A stretch of DNA of 64,000 nucleotides from Phycisphaeraceae bacterium (GTDB lineage Bacteria; Planctomycetota; Phycisphaerae; Phycisphaerales; Zrk34): the NCBI GenBank assembly GCA_040905565.1, contig JBBDRF010000063.1:29747-93746 (forward strand), given 5' to 3'. The notes under the pieces are model-generated. The model saw nothing but the letters and a program-made list of their open reading frames with translations. It made no database searches and was not told where the DNA came from. Positions 8,766-18,479 of this stretch are shown here, one piece after another. The translations under genes were made by a program, and so were the position numbers. How positions within the stretch are numbered: position 1 is the first letter of the stretch; every line of letters begins with the position of its first letter.

Positions 8766-10013
8766 TCAGCGTTGGCGGCTGTATTCGTCGAACCAGCCGC
8801 GGAGGCGGGTGCCGGGGACTTTAAGGACGTTGCCGCCTGATTCGCGGATGGCGGCGACGGCCTCGGCCTCATCGGCATCGAGCAGGACGACGGTGAGGCT
8901 GACCTCGGCCTCTTCGAGCCGGCGGAGGATCGTCTGCATCTGTTCCGCGTCGGGTAGCAGCCGGGCGGTGAGGATGATCATCTCGGGCTCGCTGACGATC
9001 GCACGTTCGACGGCATCGAGCAGGACGAACCCGCCGCCGGCGGTGAGGCCATCTAGGCGACGCTCCACGGCATTGTGCGAAAGGTCCGCGCCGGACATCA
9101 ACTCAGGCGGGAAGACCATCAGATCGCTTTCGCGAGCGGCGACCACCTGAAGCTCGTGGCGCTCGTCAGCCGCTTCCACCGCAAGCACGGCGGCCTGATT
9201 GGCGAAGGTGACGAAGTTGGTCATCGCGCCGGAATGGTCGATCACCAGTGCGGTGCGACCGGCGAGCGGCACGCCGAGGTACTGCGGCCCGCCTTGAAGA
9301 AGCGGGTTCACGAAGGTGCCGAGTTCCTCCTCATGAATTTCCTGTGCCGTGACCTCGGGCTCGGTCTGCATGCTTTGCATCGCGAAAAACAGCACGGCCA
9401 GAAGCGTGGCGATACTCAGCACGAGGGCGAGAACGGTGGCGATCTGGTTCTTGAGCGTGATAGGTTTGCGGCGGTTGGCGCGCCTTCGCTTGGAGGCCCG
9501 CCGTTTGGAGGTCCGCCGTTTTGGGGAGGCAGTGGTGGTGGTGGCGGTGAGATCGGAAAGCGAGGGCTCGGGTGACCGTTCGGGCTTCTGGTCGGCGAAC
9601 GGGTCGTCTTCCTCCGCTTCGTCGTCCGCAGGTTCCTCGGCGACAGGCTCATCTTCCCACGGTTCGGTCTCGTCTTCGGGTTCGTCGTCTGCATCGTCTT
9701 CGGGGGGCGGGCCTGTGATCGCGGCTGCCAGGGCGTCGGTCGGGTCCTGCGGCGGGGCGGGATCCTGCGGCGCGGGCGTGGGGGGAGGCGGCTTGGGGGC
9801 CGAGGCGGGGGCGATGGCTTCGGGGATGTCAGAAGATGGGTCGGGATCGGAGCCCGGGGGCGATTCGGGACGCGCGGCGCGCGCCGGTTTCTCCGATCGA
9901 CTTTCGGGGACCGACAGCAGGCTGCCGCACGTGTAGCATCGGCAGACGCTGCCTTTGAAGGCTTCGTCGATCTCGAGTTCCGCTTGGCAGTCGGGGCAAA
10001 TCAGGTGAACCAT
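8766..10013 (-). CDS. Zinc-ribbon / disordered linker / TM / vWA-like protein
   Basis: MVHLICPDC...CYTC; Pro/acidic linker; basic KRR repeats; TM helix; LVIDHSGAM (partial MIDAS-like). The ORF-track extension to 10346 overlaps rsmH and is rejected. Confidence 0.8.
   Translation of the reverse strand: MVHLICPDCQAELEIDEAFKGSVCRCYTCGSLLSVPESRSEKPARAARPESPPGSDPDPSSDIPEAIAPASAPKPPPPTPAPQDPAPPQDPTDALAAAITGPPPEDDADDEPEDETEPWEDEPVAEEPADDEAEEDDPFADQKPERSPEPSLSDLTATTTTASPKRRTSKRRASKRRRANRRKPITLKNQIATVLALVLSIATLLAVLFFAMQSMQTEPEVTAQEIHEEELGTFVNPLLQGGPQYLGVPLAGRTALVIDHSGAMTNFVTFANQAAVLAVEAADERHELQVVAARESDLMVFPPELMSGADLSHNAVERRLDGLTAGGGFVLLDAVERAIVSEPEMIILTARLLPDAEQMQTILRRLEEAEVSLTVVLLDADEAEAVAAIRESGGNVLKVPGTRLRGWFDEYSRQR
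9490..9519. repeat. 15-bp tandem duplication encoding basic KRR repeats
   Basis: TTGGAGGCCCGCCGT TTGGAGGTCCGCCGT, encoding part of KRRTSKRRASKRRR on the minus strand. Confidence 0.7.
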
Positions 10014-10061
10014 AGGGCCGATTATAGAGCGCCACCCATCGATTGTGCTATACAGGACCTT
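10014..10061. promoter_or_regulatory. Back-to-back divergent promoters (leaderless-type)
   Basis: Minus: TATAAT (10026-10021) then 7 nt then ATG 10013. Plus: TG-C-TATACA (10046-10054) then 7 nt then ATG 10062. Confidence 0.6.
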
Positions 10062-11018
10062 ATGAACGAGAACGATTGGGATGATCTGGATTTCGGCTGG
10101 TCCGAGCCTGCGTCGCTGCTGCCGGGCCATGCGCCGGTGATGGTGGCGGAGGTACTGGAGCTGCTGGAGCCGAGGCCCGGGCAGGCGGTGCTGGATTGCA
10201 CGGTGGGGCGGGGGGGGCACGCCGCGGCGATCATGCCGAGGCTGGTGCCGGGCGGGCGCTACATCGGCCTTGATGCGGATGCAGCGAATGTGCGGGAACT
10301 GCAGGAAATGGCGGATGAAACGCCTGTGCCGATGACGCTGGCGCACGCAAATTTTGTTGACGCGCGGCGGGTTTTAGATGAGTCGGGCGTGGATCTGGTC
10401 GATGGTCTTCTTGCGGATCTGGGATTCGCCTCGACGCAGATGGATCGAGCCGACCGCGGTCTAAGTTTCAACGCTGAGGGCCCACTGGATATGCGACTGG
10501 ACCAGACCGCGAAAACCACAGCGGCGGATTTGGTCAACGAGGCATCGGAACAGGAACTGGCGGACATCATTTTTCGCTACGGCGAGGAGCGAGCGTCTCG
10601 GAAAATCGCGAGAAAAATTGTCGAAAAGCGCCAAGAACATCCGATTAAAACGACTAGGGAACTTGCAGATATCTGCTCAGCGGCCTACGGCCCAGCGGCG
10701 CGGCGTCAGCGGATCGATCCCGCCACGCGGACATTTCAGGCTCTGCGCATCGCGGTCAACGATGAGCTGGGGGCGCTGGAGCAGTTGCTCGCTTCGCTGG
10801 AGAAGCTGGTCAAGCCCGGCGGTCGCGTCGCCATCATCAGCTTCCACTCGCTTGAGGATCGCATGGTCAAGCAGGCGTTCAAAGCACTGGTGGCGGCGGG
10901 CAAAGCAAAGGGCCTGACGCGCAAGCCCCTGGTGGCGAAGGATGCGGAGCGAGCGGCGAATCGGCGGAGCCGATCGGCGAAGCTTCGCGCTATTGAACTC
11001 GTGGATTCGGACTTTTAA
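10062..11018 (+). CDS. rsmH: 16S rRNA m4C1402 methyltransferase RsmH (MraW)
   Basis: HAPVM, DCTVGRGGH, DLGFAS, PLDMRLD, TRTFQALRIAVNDEL, ISFHSLEDR and RSRSAKLR motifs. Confidence 0.97.
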   Translation: MNENDWDDLDFGWSEPASLLPGHAPVMVAEVLELLEPRPGQAVLDCTVGRGGHAAAIMPRLVPGGRYIGLDADAANVRELQEMADETPVPMTLAHANFVDARRVLDESGVDLVDGLLADLGFASTQMDRADRGLSFNAEGPLDMRLDQTAKTTAADLVNEASEQELADIIFRYGEERASRKIARKIVEKRQEHPIKTTRELADICSAAYGPAARRQRIDPATRTFQALRIAVNDELGALEQLLASLEKLVKPGGRVAIISFHSLEDRMVKQAFKALVAAGKAKGLTRKPLVAKDAERAANRRSRSAKLRAIELVDSDF

Positions 11019-11094
11019 ACGTGTCAGAAGTTGATACAATCAACCGCAGTCTCCCGCCAGGATGGCGCAGGTCTCATGCTCAAGGACGATGCAC

Positions 11095-12084
11095 ATGACC
11101 ACTGAAACAAAACTCGGGTTGCTGCTGGGCATGGGGGTCATCATCCTCGTGGGCATCTTCATCAGCGACCATCTTTCCAAGGCCAACAGCCAGCAGACGG
11201 CGGGGCTGGCCGATTCCATGCGCCCGCTCGACGATTCGGACCTGCCGCGGGGCCTGGAGGAATCGCGGTACGGCGGGGAAGAGTTCATCGTCGAAGGAAG
11301 CGAAGCCGAAACCACGCTGCCGTTGCCTGAGGATTTCGAAGCCCAGAGCCGGCCCGAGGTTCAACCTCGTCAACGGCAGACGCGCGACGCGCGTCCGTCT
11401 CTCGAGCGGGAGCCGCAGCAGGCGGAAGCGCCGCGAAACACGCGGATTCTGGACATCGACCTCAGGCCGACCATGATTGAACGTGAGCGCGAAGAGGTGA
11501 TCGACGGCGAAGCACCGCTGCCTGACGCGCCCGTCGCCAGCGACGATCGGACGGAACTGCCGGACGAACTTGAGTATGTCGAACCGCGGGAAGAGCGCCG
11601 TTTCGAACCCGAGCCGGTCGAGCGAACAGTGACGCGTGAGAGTCGGCAGGTCACGCCGGAACCGGAGCCGAGGCAGACCACCGCTCCGGTCACGCATTAC
11701 GTCAAAGAAAACGAAACGCTTTCGAAGATCGCCGACCAGTACTACGGCGACCCCGGCTACTACGAGGTGATTTACGAGGCCAATCGCAACGCGATCTCGA
11801 ATCCGAACTTCGTCCGCCCGGGCGTGCGGCTGGTGATTCCCGATAAGGCGGGCACCGTCGCAAGAAGGCAGACGGAGAGCCCGGCTGAGACGACGCAGGA
11901 GCAGCCACCCACCGCTCGCACGCAGACCTACACGATCCGCGAGAAGGACACGATCTGGGCGCTGGCGGATCGCTTCTACGGCAACGGCGCGAAGTGGAAA
12001 GAACTTTACGAGCTGAACAAGGACAAGATCGATAATCCCGATCGGCTGACGGTCGGCGATGAGATCACGGTCCCCGTGCGTTGA
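11095..12084 (+). CDS. Membrane-anchored protein with two LysM domains
   Basis: N-terminal TM (LGLLLGMGVIILVGIFI); long acidic/Pro linker; HYVKENETLSKIADQYYG...LVIP and YTIREKDTIWALADRFYG...ITVP. Start could also be 11062 or 11089. Confidence 0.9.
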   Translation: MTTETKLGLLLGMGVIILVGIFISDHLSKANSQQTAGLADSMRPLDDSDLPRGLEESRYGGEEFIVEGSEAETTLPLPEDFEAQSRPEVQPRQRQTRDARPSLEREPQQAEAPRNTRILDIDLRPTMIEREREEVIDGEAPLPDAPVASDDRTELPDELEYVEPREERRFEPEPVERTVTRESRQVTPEPEPRQTTAPVTHYVKENETLSKIADQYYGDPGYYEVIYEANRNAISNPNFVRPGVRLVIPDKAGTVARRQTESPAETTQEQPPTARTQTYTIREKDTIWALADRFYGNGAKWKELYELNKDKIDNPDRLTVGDEITVPVR

Positions 12085-12137
12085 ATGTGATCGCCCATGC
12101 AAAGCGATAATCCGCGAGCCACAGAACGGGCCCCGGT

Positions 12138-12440
12138 ATGTTTGGAAAGCTGATTGCTCTGAGTCTGATGCTCGTGGTGCTGGGGGCCTCGCTGCTGGTG
12201 CTGCGGCAGCATCGGCTCGAGTTGGCGCACGAAGCGGCGACGCTGCATCGGCAGATTCACGACAAACGGCAGGATATCTGGAACGTGCAGGCGGAGGCCT
12301 CGGCGGAGCTGACGCCCACCGCGTTGGCGCGTCGCATCGGTGCCACCCGTCTGGCGCTCGAGCCTCACATCCCTGAATCGCCGACGCTGCCGAGTGTGCT
12401 CGCCCGAAGTGAGCAGTACGATTCGCCGCCTCAGCCTTGA
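12138..12440 (+). CDS. FtsL-like bitopic coiled-coil protein
   Basis: 100 aa; TM followed by a heptad segment; immediately precedes the PBP gene, the canonical ftsL position. Confidence 0.6.
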   Translation: MFGKLIALSLMLVVLGASLLVLRQHRLELAHEAATLHRQIHDKRQDIWNVQAEASAELTPTALARRIGATRLALEPHIPESPTLPSVLARSEQYDSPPQP

Positions 12441-14207
12441 GTGGAATTGCAGCGTATGAACGCTTGGCGCGTGGTTAATCCGGGGGTGGCGCAGAACCGT
12501 CGCGTGCTCAACACGACGCGGCTGATTGTCGTGGGGATGTCGCTTTGCATGTTGGCGCTGCTGGGGCGGGTGGTGCAGTTGCAGCTGATGCCCGAGCCCG
12601 CGGTGGTGGCGCGGATGGATCGCACGACGGGGACCGCGAATCTGCAGGCCCGCCGGGGGACGCTGCTGGATAGCCGCGGGCGGGCTCTGGCGGTTTCGCG
12701 GGTAGGCTACAAGCTTTTCGCCGACCCGAAGCTGATTGAAGATCCCTCGCGTTTTGCCCTTCAACTCGCTCACAAGATCGATGACGATCCTGCCCGCATC
12801 GACCAGCTGATTGATGAGCGGTTCGATGGTCGCTACGTGGTGCTTGATCCGTTGCTGGATCAGCGGCAGGTTGAAGCCGTTCGCGCGGAGAAGCTGCGCG
12901 GCACGGGACTCGAGCCTCGCCTGGTCAGGCAATATCCGCACGGTGCGGTGGCGGGGCAGATCATCGGTTTTGTCGGCTCGGAACACACCGGCCTCGACGG
13001 AGCCGAGCACGCCCTGGACGAATACCTTTCAGGCAAGAGCGGCAGCGTAAAGATGCTGCGTGACGTGCGGCGGCGACCACTCTGGGTCGAGCGGGAGGGG
13101 TTCAAGCCGCCCCGCGACGGCAGGGATGTGCGTCTGAGCATCGACACGGTCGTGCAGGCAATCGCCGAGAGAGAGCTGGCGGCGGCCTGCGAGGAATACC
13201 AGGCGAAGCGTGGCGAGGTCGTCGTCATGGACTCGCGCACCGGGCAACTGCTGGCGATGGCGAACTGGCCCCCGATGAGCCCGCAGGAGTTCCCCGGAGC
13301 CGACGCTTACATCCGCCGCAACCGGACGATCACCGATGCCTACGAGCCCGGCTCCGTCTTTAAGCCATTCCTGCATGCCGTGGCGACGCAGCGCGGTCTG
13401 GCGCGGCCGGAGCAGGTCATCGACACCGGCACAGGTTTGTGGTTTTCTTCACGTGGCAGGCGTCTGCGCGATGCGCATCCGCATGGCGAGGTGACGTGGG
13501 ATGATGTGCTCGTCGTCTCCAGCAACATCGGCATGGCGAAGGTGCTCGAGCCGATGACCGCGCAGCAGATGCACGACGCGGTCCAGCAGTTCGGCTTCGG
13601 GCTCAAGCCCGGCACCGGCCTCCCCGGTGAGAGCCCGGGCCTGTTGAACCCGGCGCGGAACTGGACGCACTATTCGCTTTCGAGTGTGCCGATGGGCCAG
13701 GAGATCGGCGTGACGGGGTTGCAGCTGGCGCAGGCGCTAAGCGTCTTCGCCAACGAAGGCATGATGGTTGCACCCAGTGTGATGGCCGACGACGCGAACA
13801 TGCCGATCTTCCGCAAGGTTCTCGATGCCGACGTCGCTCAGCACACACGCATGGTGATGCGAAGGGTGGTGACTGAGGGCACCGGCCGTCGCGTCAACAG
13901 CGAGATCTACAGGTTGTGGGGCAAGACGGGGACCGCTCAGATGGCGCGCACGGACGGCGGCGGTTACTCGCCCGGTAAATACACCGCCAGCTTCATCTGC
14001 GGTGCGCCGCTGCTGGATCCGAAGATCATCGTGGTGGTCAGCGTTCACGAGCCTGATCCTTCGATCGGCTACTACGGGGGCATCGTCGCGGCGCCGGTGG
14101 CGCAGGCCGTGGTGGAGCAGACGCTGGGGTACTTGGGTGTTCCCTCGGATGTTGAAGATCACACCGCGCCGTCTCACGTGGTTCAGGCGCGTGAGGTCCG
14201 CGATTAA
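12441..14207 (+). CDS. ftsI: Class B penicillin-binding protein (FtsI/PBP3-like)
   Basis: RRGTLLDSRG, RQYPHG, SVFK (SxxK), SSNIG (SxN) and KTGTAQ motifs. Start could be 12456. Confidence 0.9.
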   Translation: MELQRMNAWRVVNPGVAQNRRVLNTTRLIVVGMSLCMLALLGRVVQLQLMPEPAVVARMDRTTGTANLQARRGTLLDSRGRALAVSRVGYKLFADPKLIEDPSRFALQLAHKIDDDPARIDQLIDERFDGRYVVLDPLLDQRQVEAVRAEKLRGTGLEPRLVRQYPHGAVAGQIIGFVGSEHTGLDGAEHALDEYLSGKSGSVKMLRDVRRRPLWVEREGFKPPRDGRDVRLSIDTVVQAIAERELAAACEEYQAKRGEVVVMDSRTGQLLAMANWPPMSPQEFPGADAYIRRNRTITDAYEPGSVFKPFLHAVATQRGLARPEQVIDTGTGLWFSSRGRRLRDAHPHGEVTWDDVLVVSSNIGMAKVLEPMTAQQMHDAVQQFGFGLKPGTGLPGESPGLLNPARNWTHYSLSSVPMGQEIGVTGLQLAQALSVFANEGMMVAPSVMADDANMPIFRKVLDADVAQHTRMVMRRVVTEGTGRRVNSEIYRLWGKTGTAQMARTDGGGYSPGKYTASFICGAPLLDPKIIVVVSVHEPDPSIGYYGGIVAAPVAQAVVEQTLGYLGVPSDVEDHTAPSHVVQAREVRD

Positions 14208-14369
14208 GCAGTCTTGCGGCCGGACGCGTTTTTTTACAAAAGTCGCTCCGGCGTTCTAAGAACATTCCAGTCAGTCGGTAACCGAGGCCTCGCCGCCCCG
14301 GGGGTTCGCTCGTGGGAAGAACCCCTACATGGGGGCAAGCGTAGAATGAGTGACGACTGGAGGTTCACT

Positions 14370-15245
14370 ATGGCTTGGGCGAACCTTACCGATACACGTT
14401 GCTATTACGAACTGCTGGGTCAGGGCGAAGCGCTGGTGCTGATTCCGGGCCTTGGTGCGTTGTGCCGGGCGGATGATCCGGATGCTGTCGAGCTCGCGAA
14501 CGACTTCACGCTGGTCTGCCCGGAGCTGCGCGGCATCGGTCGATCGCGTGTGAAGCGGACGCCGACCAGCTTGGCCGATTACTGTTCCGATCTTGTGGAA
14601 CTGCTTGATCATCTCCAGGTCGAGCGTGCTCACGTCATGGGGTTGTCGCTGGGAGGCACCATCGCGCAGCGGTTCGCGGTGGATCATCCGGGGCGGGTGA
14701 ATCGGCTGGTGCTGGTTTCGTGTGCGCACCGGTTCGGGCCGTTCCTTCGGGAGATGGCGACACTGGTGGGGCACACGATGCGGCACTTCCCGCCGCGGCT
14801 GTTTCGCCGGACGCTCGAGTTGCTCGGCAGCAGTCCGCTGTACATGGATGCCGACCCCGAGCGGATCGACCGCAAACTTCAAGCACGTGCGAACAGTTGT
14901 GAACCCTCGCTACATGCGGTGGCGCAGCAGCTGCGTTGTCTTGTCGCCAGTGAGCCGGACGAGCAGAGCTTTCGCATCACCGCGGAAACACTGGTGATTG
15001 CTGGCGAATATGACGCGCTGATTCCGCACTGTTACGTGCGCCGGATGGCCGACGCGATCGCTGGCAGCACGTTCGTGATGGTGGAAGGGGCGGGCCATAA
15101 TCCCTTTGCCGAGTGTGCCGAACGCTTGCTGCCGACGGTGGTTTCGTTTTTGAAGACGGGGGTGGTGAAGCCGATCCCGCCGTTCCCGCAATCCGATGCA
15201 ATTCCTTCAGGACGTGCGACGACGAAGGAGCGAAAGTCTGCCTGA
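14370..15245 (+). CDS. Alpha/beta-fold hydrolase
   Basis: GGAGG SD; GLSLGG nucleophile elbow; GEYDAL; AGH. Confidence 0.88.
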   Translation: MAWANLTDTRCYYELLGQGEALVLIPGLGALCRADDPDAVELANDFTLVCPELRGIGRSRVKRTPTSLADYCSDLVELLDHLQVERAHVMGLSLGGTIAQRFAVDHPGRVNRLVLVSCAHRFGPFLREMATLVGHTMRHFPPRLFRRTLELLGSSPLYMDADPERIDRKLQARANSCEPSLHAVAQQLRCLVASEPDEQSFRITAETLVIAGEYDALIPHCYVRRMADAIAGSTFVMVEGAGHNPFAECAERLLPTVVSFLKTGVVKPIPPFPQSDAIPSGRATTKERKSA

Positions 15246-15288
15246 GAGATGGCTGCGACGCAGTGCCCCTTTTCAAGGAGGCCAGGTC

Positions 15289-17172
15289 ATGCGGAATCTG
15301 AGATGGTCCAGGATTGAATGGTGGCGGTCGGGCGATCGTCCGTTGAGGCCGGGGGAAGTTGAACCTGAGGTGGTGCAGAGGGGCCAGGAGAACGGGGGAA
15401 CGGCCGCGCCGCCTCAGACAGATCGGCCGTCGAGTGCGGCGGGGATTTACAGTCGCCTCGGCGTCCCTAGCTCGCTTAACTATCCCTCCACGACGCTCGC
15501 CCGGCTGCTGGATCAGACAGCCGACCGCTTCGCCGAATCACCCGCGTTGATCTATCAGGATCAGACGTGGACGTATCAGCAGTTGCTCAGTTACACCAAC
15601 CGCATCGCCGGCGGTCTTGCGGCACTGGGCGTCCGGCCCGGGGATCGTGTCGTGCTCACGCTGCCGAACTGCCCGGAGTACATCGGCTCGTTTTTCGCAA
15701 TTCAGAAGCTCGGTGCGATCGTCGTGAACGCTGGGCCGCTGGTGGGCCATGATGACCTGGTGGCGCTGCTGCGGAAGACACAGCCGAGGCTGCTGATCGG
15801 TTTGGACCTGCAATCGCAGTCGCTCACGAGGGGCGGGGCGGAGGCCGACGCGTCGGAGATGCGCTGGCTGTGGGTGTCGCTCTCGCAGTATCAGTCGGCA
15901 CTGAAGCGGGTGGGCTATCAGATTCGACTATGGCAGACGCACCATCCGGATAAGCGTTGGCACACGCGGTTCGATGTGATGTTGCAGACCGCGCCCTCGC
16001 GGCCGCCGACGGTGGCGCCTGAGCCTGACGACGTTGCCGTGCTTCAACTCACCAGTGGCACCACGGGCAGCCTGAAGATCGCGATGCTGACGCACCGGTC
16101 GCTGCTGGCGAACGCGACGCAGGTTTCGATCCCCGCCCGCATGCACATGGGGCAGGCGCGTGTGCTGGGTCTGCTGCCGATGTTCCACGTCTACGGCTTG
16201 ACGATGTGCCTGACCAGCGTCGTCTACACTGGCGGCTGCGTGCTGCCGTTCACACGCTTTTCCGCGGTGCAGATGCTCGATGCGGTGCTTGAGTTCAAGC
16301 CGACCGTGATGTGCGTGGTGCCGGCGATGGCTGATGCGTTTTGCGACCTGCTTGAGCAGCGTGATGCCGAGCCTGTGCGTGAAGCGCTCCGTGAGTGCAT
16401 TGTCATCAGTGGTTCCGCGCCGCTCACGCCCGCGACCGCCCATCGTTTCGAGCAGCTGGTGGGCGTGCCGATCCTTCAGGGCTACGGCCTTACGGAAGCA
16501 TCGCCGGTGACCCATTGCAACCCGCCTGACGATCCACGCGACAACTCGGTGGGCGTGCCCCTGCCCGATACGCAGGTGAAGCTGGTTGACCTTGATGATG
16601 CGAGCGTGGAGGTCGAGCCTGGCCGGACGGGGGAGTTGCTCATCTCCGGACCACAGCTTTTTGCAGGGTATCTGCAGGATCAGGAGAACACACGCCGTAT
16701 GCTCAGCACCGATGCGCAGGGACGGCAATGGCTGCATACAGGCGACGTGGCCTACGCCGATGCCGACGGATTTCATTACCTGGTCGACCGTCGCAAAGCG
16801 ATGATCAATCACGCAGGCTTCAAGGTTTGGCCGGCGAAGGTGGAGAACGTGCTGAAGTCGCATCCCGCGGTAGCGGACGTGGCGGTGGTCGGTTGCGCCG
16901 ATCCGGTGCAGACGGAGAAGGTCGTGGCGCTGATCGTGCCGAAGCGACACGCCTTGGTGGAGGATGCCGAGCTTCGTACGCTCTGTCGTGAACATTTGGC
17001 GAAGTACGAGGTGCCCTGTCGTTTTGACCGTGTGAACGAACTGCCGCGTTCGCCGCTGGGCAAGCTGTTACGCCATCAGTTGAAAGTGGAGCCCTCGTGC
17101 GCACCGAGCGCATCGGGCAACGGAGAATCTAACGGCGAAGCTGAATCGACGCAGACGGAGGAACGCTCATGA
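15289..17172 (+). CDS. Long-chain acyl-CoA synthetase (FadD-like)
   Basis: AAGGAGG SD; LTSGTTGSLK, QGYGLTEASP, WLHTGD and PRSPLGK adenylate-forming motifs. Confidence 0.92.
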   Translation: MRNLRWSRIEWWRSGDRPLRPGEVEPEVVQRGQENGGTAAPPQTDRPSSAAGIYSRLGVPSSLNYPSTTLARLLDQTADRFAESPALIYQDQTWTYQQLLSYTNRIAGGLAALGVRPGDRVVLTLPNCPEYIGSFFAIQKLGAIVVNAGPLVGHDDLVALLRKTQPRLLIGLDLQSQSLTRGGAEADASEMRWLWVSLSQYQSALKRVGYQIRLWQTHHPDKRWHTRFDVMLQTAPSRPPTVAPEPDDVAVLQLTSGTTGSLKIAMLTHRSLLANATQVSIPARMHMGQARVLGLLPMFHVYGLTMCLTSVVYTGGCVLPFTRFSAVQMLDAVLEFKPTVMCVVPAMADAFCDLLEQRDAEPVREALRECIVISGSAPLTPATAHRFEQLVGVPILQGYGLTEASPVTHCNPPDDPRDNSVGVPLPDTQVKLVDLDDASVEVEPGRTGELLISGPQLFAGYLQDQENTRRMLSTDAQGRQWLHTGDVAYADADGFHYLVDRRKAMINHAGFKVWPAKVENVLKSHPAVADVAVVGCADPVQTEKVVALIVPKRHALVEDAELRTLCREHLAKYEVPCRFDRVNELPRSPLGKLLRHQLKVEPSCAPSASGNGESNGEAESTQTEERS

Positions 17173-18479
17173 TCCGTCCCATATCACAACCGAGTCAGGC
17201 TGCGATCGTGGCGGGGCTGCGGACACCATTTGCGAAAATGGGGACCGCGCTCCGCGAAGTGCACGTGACCGAGTTGGCGCGATCCGCCATGCAGGAAGTG
17301 CTCTACCGCACCGGGTGGGAGGCTGGCACGCTGGACGAGGTGATACTCGGCAACGTGGTGATGCCCGCCGACGCAACCAACCCCGCACGCGTTGCTGCTT
17401 TGTATGCAGGAATCCCCGACCATGTCCCCGCCCTCACGGTGCAGCGAAATTGTGCGTCGGGCATGGAGGCAGTGTGGCAAGCGGCGATGCGCATCACCAC
17501 CGGCGACGCGCGTGCGGTGATGGCAGGCGGGGCGGAATCGATGAGCACGATCCCGCTGATCCTGCCGACCGAGACGCTCGAGGTCGCGGGCAGCTTCATG
17601 AAGGCGAAAAGCCCTGCGGGCAAGCTGGGCGCGCTGACGAGCGTGCGGCCGCGCCACCTGCGCGCCAAGGCCGGGCTGGAGATGGGGCTCACCGATCCCG
17701 TCAGCGGGCTCATCATGGGCAAGACCGGTGAGAAGCTGGCGCATGAGTTCGGCATCAGCCGGTCGGAGCAGGACGCGTTTGCGCTGCGGTCGCATCAGCG
17801 TGCGGTCGAGGCGGCGAAGGCCGGGAAGTTCGATGAACAGATTGTGCCGGTGTACGCAGGCGACCGGTTCGAAGCGGTGACCACCGACGTGGGCCCGAGG
17901 GCCGATCAATCGCTGGAGGCGCTGGCGAACCTGAAGCCGGTCTTCGATCGGCGCGACGGCACGATCACCGTGGGAAACGCATGCCAGGTCACCGACGGCG
18001 CAGCGGCCATGCTCGTCGCCGATGCCGATGCCGCGCGGGCCGAGGGACTTGAGCCGCTGGGCTATGTTCGGGCCTACACGACGGCGGGGGTCGATCCGTC
18101 ACGCATGGGCCTCGGCCCCGTCTTCGCGATTGACAAACTGCTTCGCAAGACCGGGCTGAACCTTGACGATGTGGACCTGCTTGAAATCAACGAAGCGTTC
18201 GCCGCTCAGGTGCTCGCGTGCCTCAAGGCGATGGCGAGCGAAGCGTACTGCCGGGAGCATCTGAATCGTGACAAGGCGATCGGCGAGGTCGATCCCGAAC
18301 GGCTGAACGTGAACGGCGGGGCGATCGCACTCGGCCATCCCGTCGGGGCTACCGGTGCACGGCTGGTGTTGAATCTACTGCTGGAAATGCAGCGGCGTGA
18401 TCTGGAGACGGGCGTGGCGGCGCTTTGCGTCGGGGGCGGACAAGGAGCAGCGATCCTGCTGACAAGGAGCCGATCATGA
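17169..18479 (+). CDS. Acetyl-CoA C-acyltransferase (thiolase, FadI/FadA-like)
   Basis: [19 protein letters not shown] and LCVGGGQG catalytic motifs. Confidence 0.95.
   Translation: MIRPISQPSQAAIVAGLRTPFAKMGTALREVHVTELARSAMQEVLYRTGWEAGTLDEVILGNVVMPADATNPARVAALYAGIPDHVPALTVQRNCASGMEAVWQAAMRITTGDARAVMAGGAESMSTIPLILPTETLEVAGSFMKAKSPAGKLGALTSVRPRHLRAKAGLEMGLTDPVSGLIMGKTGEKLAHEFGISRSEQDAFALRSHQRAVEAAKAGKFDEQIVPVYAGDRFEAVTTDVGPRADQSLEALANLKPVFDRRDGTITVGNACQVTDGAAAMLVADADAARAEGLEPLGYVRAYTTAGVDPSRMGLGPVFAIDKLLRKTGLNLDDVDLLEINEAFAAQVLACLKAMASEAYCREHLNRDKAIGEVDPERLNVNGGAIALGHPVGATGARLVLNLLLEMQRRDLETGVAALCVGGGQGAAILLTRSRS

Noticed and set aside
10014..10346. N-terminal extension of the 8766-10346 minus-strand ORF
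   Set aside because: Overlaps rsmH on the opposite strand; ATG 10013 has a perfect -10 box and begins the zinc ribbon.
14208..14236. Intrinsic terminator after ftsI
   Set aside because: A T7 run is present but the preceding stem is weak and irregular.
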